Assembly: GCA_000708835.1 (NCBI GenBank)
Contig: DF237128.1
Location: forward strand, 95,907-159,906
Length of the DNA stretch: 64,000 nucleotides
Direction: 5' to 3'
Origin: Klebsormidium nitens
Taxonomy: Eukaryota > Plantae > Klebsormidiophyceae
Position numbers and translations under genes: made by a program. The notes below the pieces were generated by a model. It was not told the DNA's origin. It was given only the letters and a program-made list of their open reading frames with translations, and made no database searches. The stretch's first letter is position 1; each line of letters opens with the position of its first letter. This document shows, one piece after another, positions 49,103 through 61,100 of this stretch.

Positions 49103-52100
49103 TTACACGCAGATCTCAGAGAGTGTTTGCCGCTCACATGACTTGGGCAGCGGGTGGTCCTTGGGGTCGAAAAGGATGGTGGTCTCCGCGATCTTGGCGG
49201 TCACGATGTAGGGGTCCATGTTGGACGCGGGCCGCCGGTCCTCGAAATAGCCGTACCCCTTCTGCGCGGTGTCGCGCCCGACGCGGATCGACGCACCCCG
49301 GTTGGCGACGCCCCACGAGAAGGACTCCATGGACGCGGTCTCGTGCTTGCCCGTCAGGCGGCGCTCGTTGCCCTCGCCGTAGCACTCGATGTGCTCCACG
49401 TGCTTGATCGCCAGCTTGCTGATCGCCTCCTCGATGGCCGCCATGCCGCCCTTCTCGCGCATCTCCTTGGTGCTGCACCGGGCGCGAGAGGGAGGGTGAG
49501 GGCGAAAGGGCACCGGGAGCAGTGCTGCTCTAATAGTGGTGACTGGATGAAATTATGAAGCTAAGAATAGATCTTGGAAAGGAACGGGGACGAGAGCTTC
49601 GAGATGCATTGACAGCCTTTCTACTGGCCCTCTTGAAGACTCCGACAGTGTGTAAAACTCGAGGATGCGACCTCGTTGTGATTTCGTGCAAATCTCTGCC
49701 AAAACTGTTGCAATGACGACAACTCCCAACGGACGTCAATAGAAAGCAAGTAAAGATACCAATTCAAACGAAGCAGATACATGATGGCGAAAATTTGTTG
49801 CCGGAGTCGTGTAGCATGAGACTCGCAAATTCTTTGAATTCTATAAAAGTTCACGAACTAGTCACAGCTTCGTTGTAAAGCGGGCGGACGAACATCCGAC
49901 TCGGGGAGCGAAAGGGACAGATGCCTTCGGTCGTGGCTATCTGAAAGAAGTGTCCATTAGACATTTCTATAGACATTTCTACACCCTCTTGACCAGGTTC
50001 TTGGGTTTTGAACGAATTCGAGTCAAGCTGGTCAATACCTGTAGTTGGTGTGGCAACCAGCACCGTTCCAGTCCCCAGGGATCGGCTTGGGGTCAAGAGT
50101 CAACACGACGTCCGCCATCTCCGTTACCCGCTGCGGTGACAGAACAAAATATCTTGATCGATTCATCCCCAGGTTGAGCACTAGCATGAAGGTGCCTCGA
50201 TTTGGAATGTCTGCATGTATATGTAGCAAGCCACCATATAATGTTAAGGCGCTCAGCTCAGATCTTATATAAGACGTTCGTCTGCAAAGGTTCGAAGCAG
50301 ATGGAAGGAGTTGGATGACTGCAGGATGGCGATGTTGACACAAGCGCACACTGCATGTTCAATTGCCAGAGCGGATCGGCTTTTACCCACAAACGGTGAG
50401 CACTCGATAGTCGAGGCTCGATCTGCCTCACCTCGAGAAGGTAGCGAGACATCCACAGCTGGTCGCCGGAATCGATTCCGACACAGGGGCCAACCTGGTA
50501 CTCCCACTGGCAGCGAGAAACAAGGGATCGTCAGTACGAGACGGGGGAATGGAGCCCAAGCATCACCAAGATCGAGACGTTTAGTACCGGGTTATGTCAC
50601 GTCTTGGGACCTGCCTTTGCTCGTGAGATCGTCGAAGTAAGAACAAGTGACCGTGAACGTGCCCCTGACTATTCTGCCCTGCTCTTTTCAGGGCTCCTTC
50701 TTTGAGAGCACAGTCAACATTGTTCATCAAGCTCCACATAATTCGGCCCCTGAAGTCGACTCCCAAAAAAGACGTCCGTGCTTGCTAATTGCGTGGTTGG
50801 AAGAGGAGGAGACGAGTTTAAGAGTATTCACAAATAAAGCCTTGTGTTGGACTGAATCAGACTCACTTCAGTCTTCCGCTTTTTCGTTTGGAATACAGAG
50901 AGCTCTAACAAGGGGCGTTTGTATCATTGATAACAATCACAACAGAAGAAGGTGAAAAGGAATTTCGTGCAAGCTGACCTGTCCGGGCATGACCTCCCCG
51001 TTAATTCCGCTGATGTTGATGCCCGCGTACAGGCATGCCTTGTAGTGCGCATTCACAATCTCACGGCCCCAAGCCTTGTCTGCGCCAACTCCGCAATAGT
51101 ACGGGCCCTGCAATGGTGCAGTCAACCTTGGCTTCAGCAGGGACAGCAGTGCATACTTCTCCTCGTTTTTGGGGTTTTGTCAGTTTCATGAATCCCAAAA
51201 CGAAGTCTTTGCAGTCAAGAGACATTTGTTAAACATAAGGACCTTCTGTTGGCCTGAAGAGCGGGGCTGAACAAGTACATACCACATCTTCAGAACAGAT
51301 GACAGATGGACAAGGTGGTGTTACCTGAGGACCTGGGTAGCCGCCCTTTGGCCAGCCGAGGGGCCAGTTGGTGCCGGCCTGATACAGGGTGTACTCCTGC
51401 TCAATCCCAAACCTGCACGGGGCGCCAAAAATATAAGAAATGCTAGGGCGACAGGGAGATCTCACACGCAAACAAGGGCCTTTCCGTCATGGAAAAAATC
51501 ATCTGCTAGTTATTTTTGTAAGAGCCACACGGCCACAGCAGTCACACCTCTGGGTATCAGAATGCTACATCAGTATGTTGGGAAGAAAATGGGAAATGAA
51601 GAAGGCGCTCTTTTCGCTTACCAGGGCACATGCTCCTTGACCTTCTCCAAGACCTCAGCAGCGGCAAATCTGTGGTTGGTTGGCAGGGGCTCGCCACCAG
51701 GGGTGTAGGTGTCGCACATCACCTGCGCAAGCCACCGCCGCAGGTTAGGCAAAGAGCTCGACGGGTGCATATGCAGATCCAGCCCAGACGGACCATCCAT
51801 GCAAAGTAGATTTGACAGCTTTTGAAAGAACTGCGACAGATTATGTTGACACACTTTGACCTTTTTATTTTTGACCTCTACACTTTGATCCTGCTTGTGA
51901 GAGCAATGCAACCGAGATGATGGCCAAAACGAGTGCGGAGCGCCAGCTCGCCTCTTGTGAAGCTCATCTGCATCCTTTGAGACCTTGCGCATATTGAGGC
52001 TATATTGCAGCTTCTTGTGGGTTCAAGTTGCTTACCAGGATGTTAGCGCCCTTCCTGAAAGGATCCCGGTAAATAGCCTGCGGCCTGCAGTAATGCAGAG

Positions 52101-53550
52101 GCTTGTCAAACCACTGGCAGTCGTGAAAATTCAGTGCAGAATTACTCTGGTTTGCAAACAAGGGCACAACTCAAGTTTTCCACTTTTGTCGAACTCGTGT
52201 CAGCAGTGCTAAGAAAGCTTGAGCGCAATGAGCAGAAGATCCTTCTCAAGATCTGACAACTGAGCGAGTAGAGGGATCGACTCTCACGTCAGATGCAATA
52301 CTTACTTGAGGATGACCTCACTATCGTCTCCGGGGGCCTGACCCGTGCTGGATCCATCGTAGTTCCAGTCTGGGAGCTTGGAAGGGTCGGTTACTGGGCC
52401 CTCGAGCGTCTGCAATGCCAAGGTCCTTGTCAACAAAGACAACATCCAATGTATAAGGTCTGCTAAATGAGAACCATAAAGTGTTACAAAAAAACAGGGA
52501 TCTACATGCGAAACTGACTGCAAAGAATGCTGAACAGGTCTCAACTCTGAATCCAGGTTGGGCTCTTGGTGCGTAGTTTCTTGCTTAAGGTGCCGGAGTT
52601 TTAAGACCAGACGATTGACCTGCAATGTTGAGATCTGGCGAGCAGCAAGCACATAGCGAATAGGACATTGATAAGAAGCAGTGCATGAGGTATTTCTCAC
52701 ATACTTCTGAAGCTGTCATGAATGGTGCATGTTCAGCCCTTGCACAAAATAAGATGTCAGAAAAAGATATTAAAAACATAAAGATATGAGTTTCTGAGGT
52801 CAATGAGCTCACTCTGGCTTTACTTCTTAGATCCAACTTGTGCCCACCGATCCTGCAGAAGAATTCACAGCTCTGCTTAAAGAAGAGAGTCCCCAGTCTG
52901 CAAGCCTCTTTAAGGCTTAGCTCATGGTTTCAGAAGAAACAAAGGGGCGCCGTCTATATTGTCTGCTGAGATTCAGATTAAACACAAACCAGAAGCTGCC
53001 TTGTCCAACTACTTCGAACTGATTCCCCTAGAGTTGAACAAGGTAAGATACAAACGATGAAGCAAAGGCAGACGCCAATTGAGGTCAGCTCATTTGTTCA
53101 GAACATTACCAGCTCGATGCAGCTCAATTCAGTGCCACCGATTCCTAAAGAGGTTCATTATTCGAAAATCGTTAGTTGATAACAGTAGAGCTGGCTTGCT
53201 TTTCCTCAAACACAAAATACAAGAAGTGTGACGAAAGGTGGCGGCGCATCAAGCTTGCCAGCTTGTCCGATGGAAAGGCTGAACCCAAGTCATAACATAT
53301 GTGGTCGGGTAAAAGCAACCAACTGAGTTGACAATCAGGAAGCTAGGGTGCTTTTGTTTCACAACAAAACTCTCTCTATGATAATGAATCAAATGCAAGT
53401 TCAATTTCACTGCTAGATCAGCTGCTTATGCTGCAGGCAATGTGCACCTCAGCTTCAGAGATCGCGTGCTTACCAAACATACTCCGCAATGATCTTGGTG
53501 ACTCCTTCCTTCTCAAGATCCATATTCATAAGATCCGCCAAGGTGGCCAT
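49103..53550 (-). CDS. GLN1: Glutamine synthetase (eukaryotic GSII type), 10 coding exons
   Basis: [84 protein letters not shown] and [15 protein letters not shown]. The N-terminus [12 protein letters not shown] resembles cytosolic GS1. Confidence 0.97.
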
Positions 53551-55173
53551 GTTTCTTCTGCTGATAAAGAGACCGGGAATGTTTGAGAGGAATGCTGCGG
53601 TGACCGATGCGATCCTCAGGTTGGGCAGTTCTACGGAATCGCCGCCAACTATGAGCACAGGAGACAAAGTCGCTGCTCAGCAGACAATGAAGCTACAAGA
53701 TTACCAATTCTTCGTGACAACCAGTTTCTCTGTGGCAATGCTGTACAATTGACGAAGGTTTGTGGAACTGAAGAAGGAAAGGTCTTGCAGAAGGAAGGTC
53801 GAATGCGCATGCAGGCGTACGTACCGACTCTGGAGTCTGTACCATAAGATCTACCTACCTAGGTACCTAGAAGATCTGAGCTCCTGCAACAGAGCATTGC
53901 AGGGCAGCTGTGCGCGAGACGCCATGGATGCGGCGCCCAGCGAACTGCGAGTTCTCTTCTTCACTTGCTGACAAGGACAAGGTTGAAGGCAGTCTTCTGA
54001 GCACTAGAATTCAACACGTGTGATTATGCCATGTGGACCTCGTGATAATTGTCGAGATACCCTAACCGTCGATGGCTGCAGATTCAACTAAAATATCCTC
54101 AACTTTACCAACTTTTGTGCAATGATTGCAGGTACGTCAGCAGATTTGTGAGCCGTCTATGTGCTTCATTTATCGACGGTGAAACCAAGCGCATCGAGAG
54201 GCAGGGGGATCACGCAGGAATTCGACAGGGCGCAGCTAGAAAACAAGTCCTGTTGCTGGACAATCCATCAAGCGGATGGGCCCAGGTTCAGCGTCTCCAT
54301 ATAAAAACAGGAGTAGTTCTCTCCTTGATCTCAGACGATCATGTACAGAAGACCGAGTACTGTATTGCACAGCAAAGTGCCACAGCTTCAAATCTGCCGA
54401 TCTGCAGTTTTGCAATATATTTACATATGTACAGTATTAAACCACCACCCAAGGTATAAATACTCCTGGTAACCAGGAATGCTCATAATCAAGTTCGCAA
54501 CTTGAAAATCGCGACGGGTGCACACTGGACGCACACGTAAAGAAGGTACCCTTGCCTACATAAAAACAGACTGTTTCTGCACGAATTGAGCGGCGGTTTC
54601 GACCTGGCCTTGTTAGTACCACTATGATAGAGTTCTAGAAAGCAAAACCGCCGAAACCGGTGAAGTAATGCTTTAGTTTCTTTGATGTATGAGGTCAAAA
54701 ATGCACAAGCTGGAAGCGAGCGCCTTCGGGCCGAAATTTGAATTTCGGTGGCCCTTGGCGCGAATGCCAGCCGGTTTGCCCCGAGATATACCCGGGATGG
54801 TGGTTTAAGCGGCTGGCGAGCAATATTCGGCGGCGAACATCTCCTTACAACCAGAGTGCGCACACAGGCTAGCTTCAGCAAAATTAAGCCAGAAAACAGC
54901 CTTTGAATCTCATCGATCATCAGGTGCATGCAACAGTGACCATTGCAAATTGCCACATTCTCCACCTCAACTTCTCGCTTCTCTCCCGTGGCATCCAGAG
55001 GGCTGTTTTGCTCTCGTGTAAATCCCTAGTCTCCGATACAAACAGTAGCGTCCGCTTCATAACCTAGGATAATGGCGAAACTGTATCGATGTCTCTTGCG
55101 ATTTTTCGAATTTGTTAGATTGGAGGAAGCTCAAAGGGGGTATCTGTCTATATGGCTCGGGTTGATGGGTTAA

Positions 55174-58100
55174 CTACACTTTCCAACCGTGATCTCTGGC
55201 GACTCGGGTGAAGGCAGCTTTCGCTTCCGCTTCCGAGTACTCAATTCCGCTCTGGAGGGAAGTCTGGTCCAAGCGCGCGTTTCCGCTCATCATCTCGGCA
55301 ATTATCTGCGGAGAAATAGCACACCAACCGTTGGTGACGTTTCTCGTCAACTTGAACGCACACATTCAGTCGCGTCTGCATCCTCACCAGTGGTTACACA
55401 AAGTGCGATACAATGATTGATATCATAACAGTGTGACATACAATTACAACAAAAGCGGTAAAGCGGTTCGGCGCACCCTTCTCCCCGCCTTGTGCGCCTG
55501 CTAGATAAATCTATATTATTGAATTAAACTTAAATCTCTCACCTGTACAAGCACGCTTTCGAGCGCGTATGCGGGGGTCCAGCCGCTTGCGGTCAGCAGC
55601 TCCATGCAGATGCTGCCGCCGACGGTCACGTGCCCAGTGTGGAAGGCGAAGCGCGGGGAGACGACGCGGATGAAGGGCGGCTGCCACGGGAAATCGGACG
55701 GGAAGCGGATCTCCAGGAGCACGGGCACTTCGGCCACGTGGCGCGCCTTGGCCGCCTTTTGCAGGTCCTGCAGGGAGGGACACATGTCAGCGCTCGCTAG
55801 AGATTGGCGCGTGGAGCGAGTGGACGTCTTCCTTTGGGGAGGCTAGTTGTCAAAGAAGGAAGACGGACTGCACCATCCTGAGGTCCGCTCAAGATGATCT
55901 CGTCGCAGATCTGGCAAAAATTGCACCAGCCAAGTCACCTGGCCTCCTTCCTCCCACGTTAGGCATGGCATGTTTCCAAGACGATCCGCTCTAAGGAGAA
56001 TCACAGCAAGATTAGCGAGCTAGAAACGGCAATCCTAGCCCCCCTCACGCACCCCTTCCAGCGTGGACCCCGCGAACAGGCTGGGCCGTAGCTTGACCCG
56101 CCACTTGTACAGGTCCTCCTCGTCCACGTCTACCTCGAACCCCCCGGCCGGCAGCGAGCTCTTCCCTTTGCCCCCCCGGCCCGTTTGCAGGGCCATCATC
56201 TTTGCCAGCTCCTTTTGGATTGCCTGCGTCGCGCTAGCCGAACCCCCGGCTGGGGTCTTTGCCTTAACCCCTCGAAGCCTGCGCCGAGGCGCGCCGCTCC
56301 GCCTCCTGCTCAGCTCGCTCTTTTCGGCCTCGCGCTCAGCGGCCGCGGCGGCTTGGGCCGCGGCCTCGGCGGCCGCCTGCCGCGCCGCCCGCTTCCGCGC
56401 GGTGTGCCGCGCGACCTGCCGTGCGAACCGCGCCTCGCGCACGCTTTCGGTGACGTTTCGGAAGTGCTCGCTCAGGCTGACATTGTCCAGCTTGTCGTCA
56501 GCGATGTTGTGCGCCTGCAACAAAGGATGCAGACGGGAGGAAGTCAGGTGCCTCGAAACTTTCTCAGTGCTTTCGGGGCAGACTGGCCAGTTTATATTCT
56601 TCTCCTTCAGCTCAGCCATGAAGGCAGCCACTTTTACCAGGCCAGATGCACGTCAAGATATATGGTCAGGTGTCACTTTGTCGGCATTTTTCAGCAGCCA
56701 ATGGCTCAAAATGGACAAAGACAACGGAGTGCCATCCCCTTCGACACCGTCTGTGACAGAATCGAAGTCTGCCGAATACGTTGACAGGAGCTTCTCCGAC
56801 GAGTATCCGAGACGGCGATGACTCCAGAGGGATACCTAAGGCTGCGGCTGGTTTGTCACAGGCAGGACTCTTGCCTACCTCAACTTCTCGTCCGGTCGTC
56901 CGGGTACCTGAACCGACAAGTCACCTGAGCTCGGTGTCTATTCTCAGCGACCAAGAAATTACGGTCCGGTCTCTGCGAGTGTTCTCACCCCGCTGACGGT
57001 CGCCCCGTCATAGACCAGCAGGTACCGGATGACGACGTGGTCCTCCTTGCCGGGGGGCACCACGAAGCAGAACGTCCCGTGCGTGCTGGCCGCGCCTTTC
57101 ACCACTTCGCAGATGGCCAGGCACGTGAAGCCGGACTTGTACGTGCCATTGGCCCACCCCGTCAGCGAGTGGCGCGCGCAGTATCCGAGGGAGGTGGTCA
57201 GAGCGGGCGCCAGGTAAATGCCAGCGCCGTGGGCAGCGCCGTACATCTGGTAGCTTCGGGGGGTAAAGGATGACGGACGCTTTGTCAGCGGCAATAGCGT
57301 ATGCTCCGGGAAAGACATTGTGAACGCAAGTGTTGGGCGGTGGGGTCGACGCAGAAGCACGAGGCCGCACTGGCACGGCAACCTCGATCTTGTTGGCTTG
57401 TGAGACTTTATTAGATTGGACTCGCAAGTAAATATTCGATGATCTGCTTATGAGTAGATACAAGGTAAGCAACCACAGACATGATAATGCGTCCAACCTG
57501 AGGCAAAACAAATCCAATCAAGATCCAGTCGGCGCAGACTCTAGTCGATGCAATCTGACAGACACGTCCTTCCTGTAGACCGGTGTAGCGGCGCTTCAGC
57601 TGTGTTCAGTCCACAGCATGCCCCTACGTCATTTGTCGCTTCAATGACAAACGTGCCGCAGATTACGCACCCGTTCATTCTAGCCCAACGAAGCCTTATA
57701 CCAGCGACTCAACGTGTGTGTATCGCGGCCCATAAACCCGTTGCCCAGTCTCACCTGGTGCCGCTCATGGATCGCAGGCCGTTGCGCAGGATTGAGTACC
57801 AGTTCTCGCCGCTGCTCCCGTGGAACGCGAAGAACGAGCCCTTGCTCGCGCGCAGCGCCGCAAACGCGGCCTCCTTCTCGGGGTCCGCCGTCAGCACCAC
57901 GAACTGCGCCGCCGTGTTGGTTAGCGGGAGCAGGTCCGGGTCGGTCAGGTGGCGCAGCGACAGCCGGTTGGAAGAAAGGACGAAGCGGACCAGGTCGTAC
58001 GGAAACATCTCGCGGTCGCGCTCCTTGGGGTCGCGCGTCGGGGTGCTCGGCGCGGGCAGGCCCTGCGCCCGGGAGATGAAGATGAGTGAGGGAGTGACGT

Positions 58101-61100
58101 TGGAGCGGCTCAGAAGTAAAGCGGGGAATGAGGAGTTCGTGGCACGATGTACTATGGTAGCGAAAAAGCACAGAGACGGATACAACCTCAGCATGTGGCC
58201 AGGCGAGCAAAGAAAGAAGTAAGGCCCCAACACCACAATTTGACGCATGGAAACCCGATGGGAATCCGCGCAGTTCGAAATTCAAACCACCGCGATCGTC
58301 TTCTGCCCCGCAACCTCTCTATGGCGACGACTGCGGATCTTGCTCCTTCAGATCAGCCGGAGCGTCAATCATTCCGCCGAACTTCACCCTTACGTGTTCT
58401 GGATTTTTGGCCGCGCGCTGCTTGGCCCGCACGAGCTGCATCCTGTACGCGGGCCGGTTGTACCAGCCGTTGACGAAGGCGGTGATGAGCGCGGCCTCGG
58501 AGCGGCAGCCCGTCAGCTCCTTGAGGGGGGGCACCGCCTCCAGCGCCTCCTTCAGCTGCGCGATCATCTTGATTGCCTTCTCGGTGGAACCCCCGGCGGC
58601 GGCCTGGAAGGCATAGTTCGTGAGAAGCTACCAATCGCTGTTGCTCTTCACTTTCATTTTAGAACCAACCAAAGCAATCTCTGTAGGTCCAGTTCCGGCC
58701 CATGTACGATCAGTCAGGCCAGAATGGGTCAGTGCACGAATCGAGGGCGAAGCGTGTGCGATTCGAAGTGGTTGACCTTCAGCAAATTGGACAACCTGCT
58801 GACATCCTGAGCAATAACGAAGGAAATGCTGCCGAGGTTGTGTAGAACCGTCCAAATCACCATCTGACCATGTGTGAGGACCCAAAATCCGCTAACCTCA
58901 GCTTGTGGCTCCAACTGCTATAAACGCCCCTATACTGTAGAGATACCGACATAATCTGCCCTAACGCTAAGATTTGATAGTGATTTGCAACTTCAGGAGG
59001 ATTAGCCGCCCGGCAAACTTGAAAATCCTCGATTTCGGAAATCTGCCGCTGAAGGCAGGTTAGCCTGACACTATCCAACCAAACACGGACCGTCAACTAC
59101 GCCCCTTACCTGTGCATTAGCGGCCACCGGTTTGTGGGCTCCGCTGCCAGATGCCGCGTTGGGGCTCGAGTTAAACCAGCCGGCTCGGCCGCGGTTCTCG
59201 CGGCCCTCCAGGAGGAACGACGGGAACGGCTCAAAGACAGCCTCGGCGCGCCCGCTCGCGGCCGCGTTGGCCGCCATCGCGAGCTCCAGCTCAACGAGCT
59301 CCGCGTTCTCGAGCACCTCCGGCAAGATGGCCGCGCCCAGGCCCAGCTCCTCGAACCTGCGGCAGAGACATAACAGCGCGGGGTCAGAGCGGGGTCTCAA
59401 GTGGAAGGGAGATGAGGGTTGCTCTTGGTTTTCTGCAAGGGTCCTCAACATCGCTACTCTCAGGATCGCTGAAAGCTTCTTGGTTGCTGTTGAGCGAGCA
59501 TGCACGCTCTTGCAACGGAATGACTCGGGGACATATCTCCACAGATNNNNNNNNNNNNNNNNNNNNNNNNNNNNNNNNNNNNNNNNNNNNNNNNNNNNNN
59601 NNNNNNNNNNNNNNNNNNNNNNNNNNNNNNNNNNNNNNNNNNNNNNNNNNNNNNNNNNNNNNNNNNNNNNNNNNNNNNNNNNNNNNNNNNNNNNNNNNNN
59701 NNNNNNNNNNNNNNNNNNNNNNNNNNNNNNNNNNNNNNNNNNNNNNNNNNNNNNNNNNNNNNNNNNNNNNNNNNNNNNNNNNNNNNNNNNNNNNNNNNNN
59801 NNNNNNNNNNNNNNNNNNNNNNNNNNNNNNNNNNNNNNNNNNNNNNNNNNNNNNNNNNNNNNNNNNNNNNNNNNNNNNNNNNNNNNNNNNNNNNNNNNNN
59901 NNNNNNNNNNNNNNNNNNNNNNNNNNNNNNNNNNNNNNNNNNNNNNNNNNNNNNNNNNNNNNNNNNNNNNNNNNNNNNNNNNNNNNNNNNNNNNNNNNNN
60001 NNNNNNNNNNNNNNNNNNNNNNNNNNNNNNNNNNNNNNNNNNNNNNNNNNNNNNNNNNNNAACGGAATGACTCGGGGACATATCTCCACAGATCTTTCAG
60101 TTGTGCTGCAGCAAAGCGAGATGAAGCACAAAGTGCTGCGCAAGTCGCTCATTAAGCGCGAGTTTTTCCAATCACAGACAATACCTACTCCCTCGCCCTC
60201 TCGAGAGATTTGCACACGGCCTCACCTGTAGAGGCACAGATCGTTGTTGCACGGCCGCAGGCGCATCCCCGGGCTCGCATGCGGCTGCCTGCACACGGGG
60301 CACCACGTGGCAACCTTTCCGAGCTTGGCGCCGACCATCTGCAGGGCGGCCGTGAACACGTTCCCCTCCACCGCCAGAGCCTCGTCCGTGCACCCCAACT
60401 CCGCCCGGTTGATTGCCCCGAGCTCTTCCTCCAGCTCCGCATCAGTGCGCCGGCAGTGCACTAGGGCGTTCAGGTCGAGCGGGGCGCTCTCTGCTGACGT
60501 GGCGCGCGCGTGGCGCACCAGCAGGGACGCGCGAGCGTGCTCGGCGCCGACGGACATGAGCGTGAGGATCGACTTTTCGTCGTCCAGGTGTGGGGAGCGG
60601 ATGCGGGCGTGGGCGCGGAAGAAGCGGTGGATCAGCTCGGGGACCAGCACCTGCGCAAAACACACAAGCTAGGTTATGGAAACTGAGATTCGGGACGCTA
60701 CCAGTCTAACCTAACTTTGGTGTCGACGTTCGTCTTTTGACGTGGCAGCGAATTAGGGGGACGACTCGCAAAAGCTCCTGCATACCTTGAAAAAGAGCAC
60801 TTTATCTAGAGACGTTTGATAACGGGGACAGTTTCACTCCCTCCTTTCCAGCGAGGAGTGGACAATCGGAAGATCTCTGGACAGAACACCATAGGATCGC
60901 CCTGAAGAACAACTGCTGGAAGTGGCCCCTCACGCAACCTTGCCCGGAGAGAACGCAGCATGGCATCGACGAGGGATCATTTGCCTGCACCTCGCTGCGA
61001 CGTTCGCATAGAAGCTGTACCAGCTCAACAGGTGAAAAGGGACCCAAATAAGAGCCAAAAGAAGGTCCAGCAACACGCCGACACCCAAGGACCTTACATG

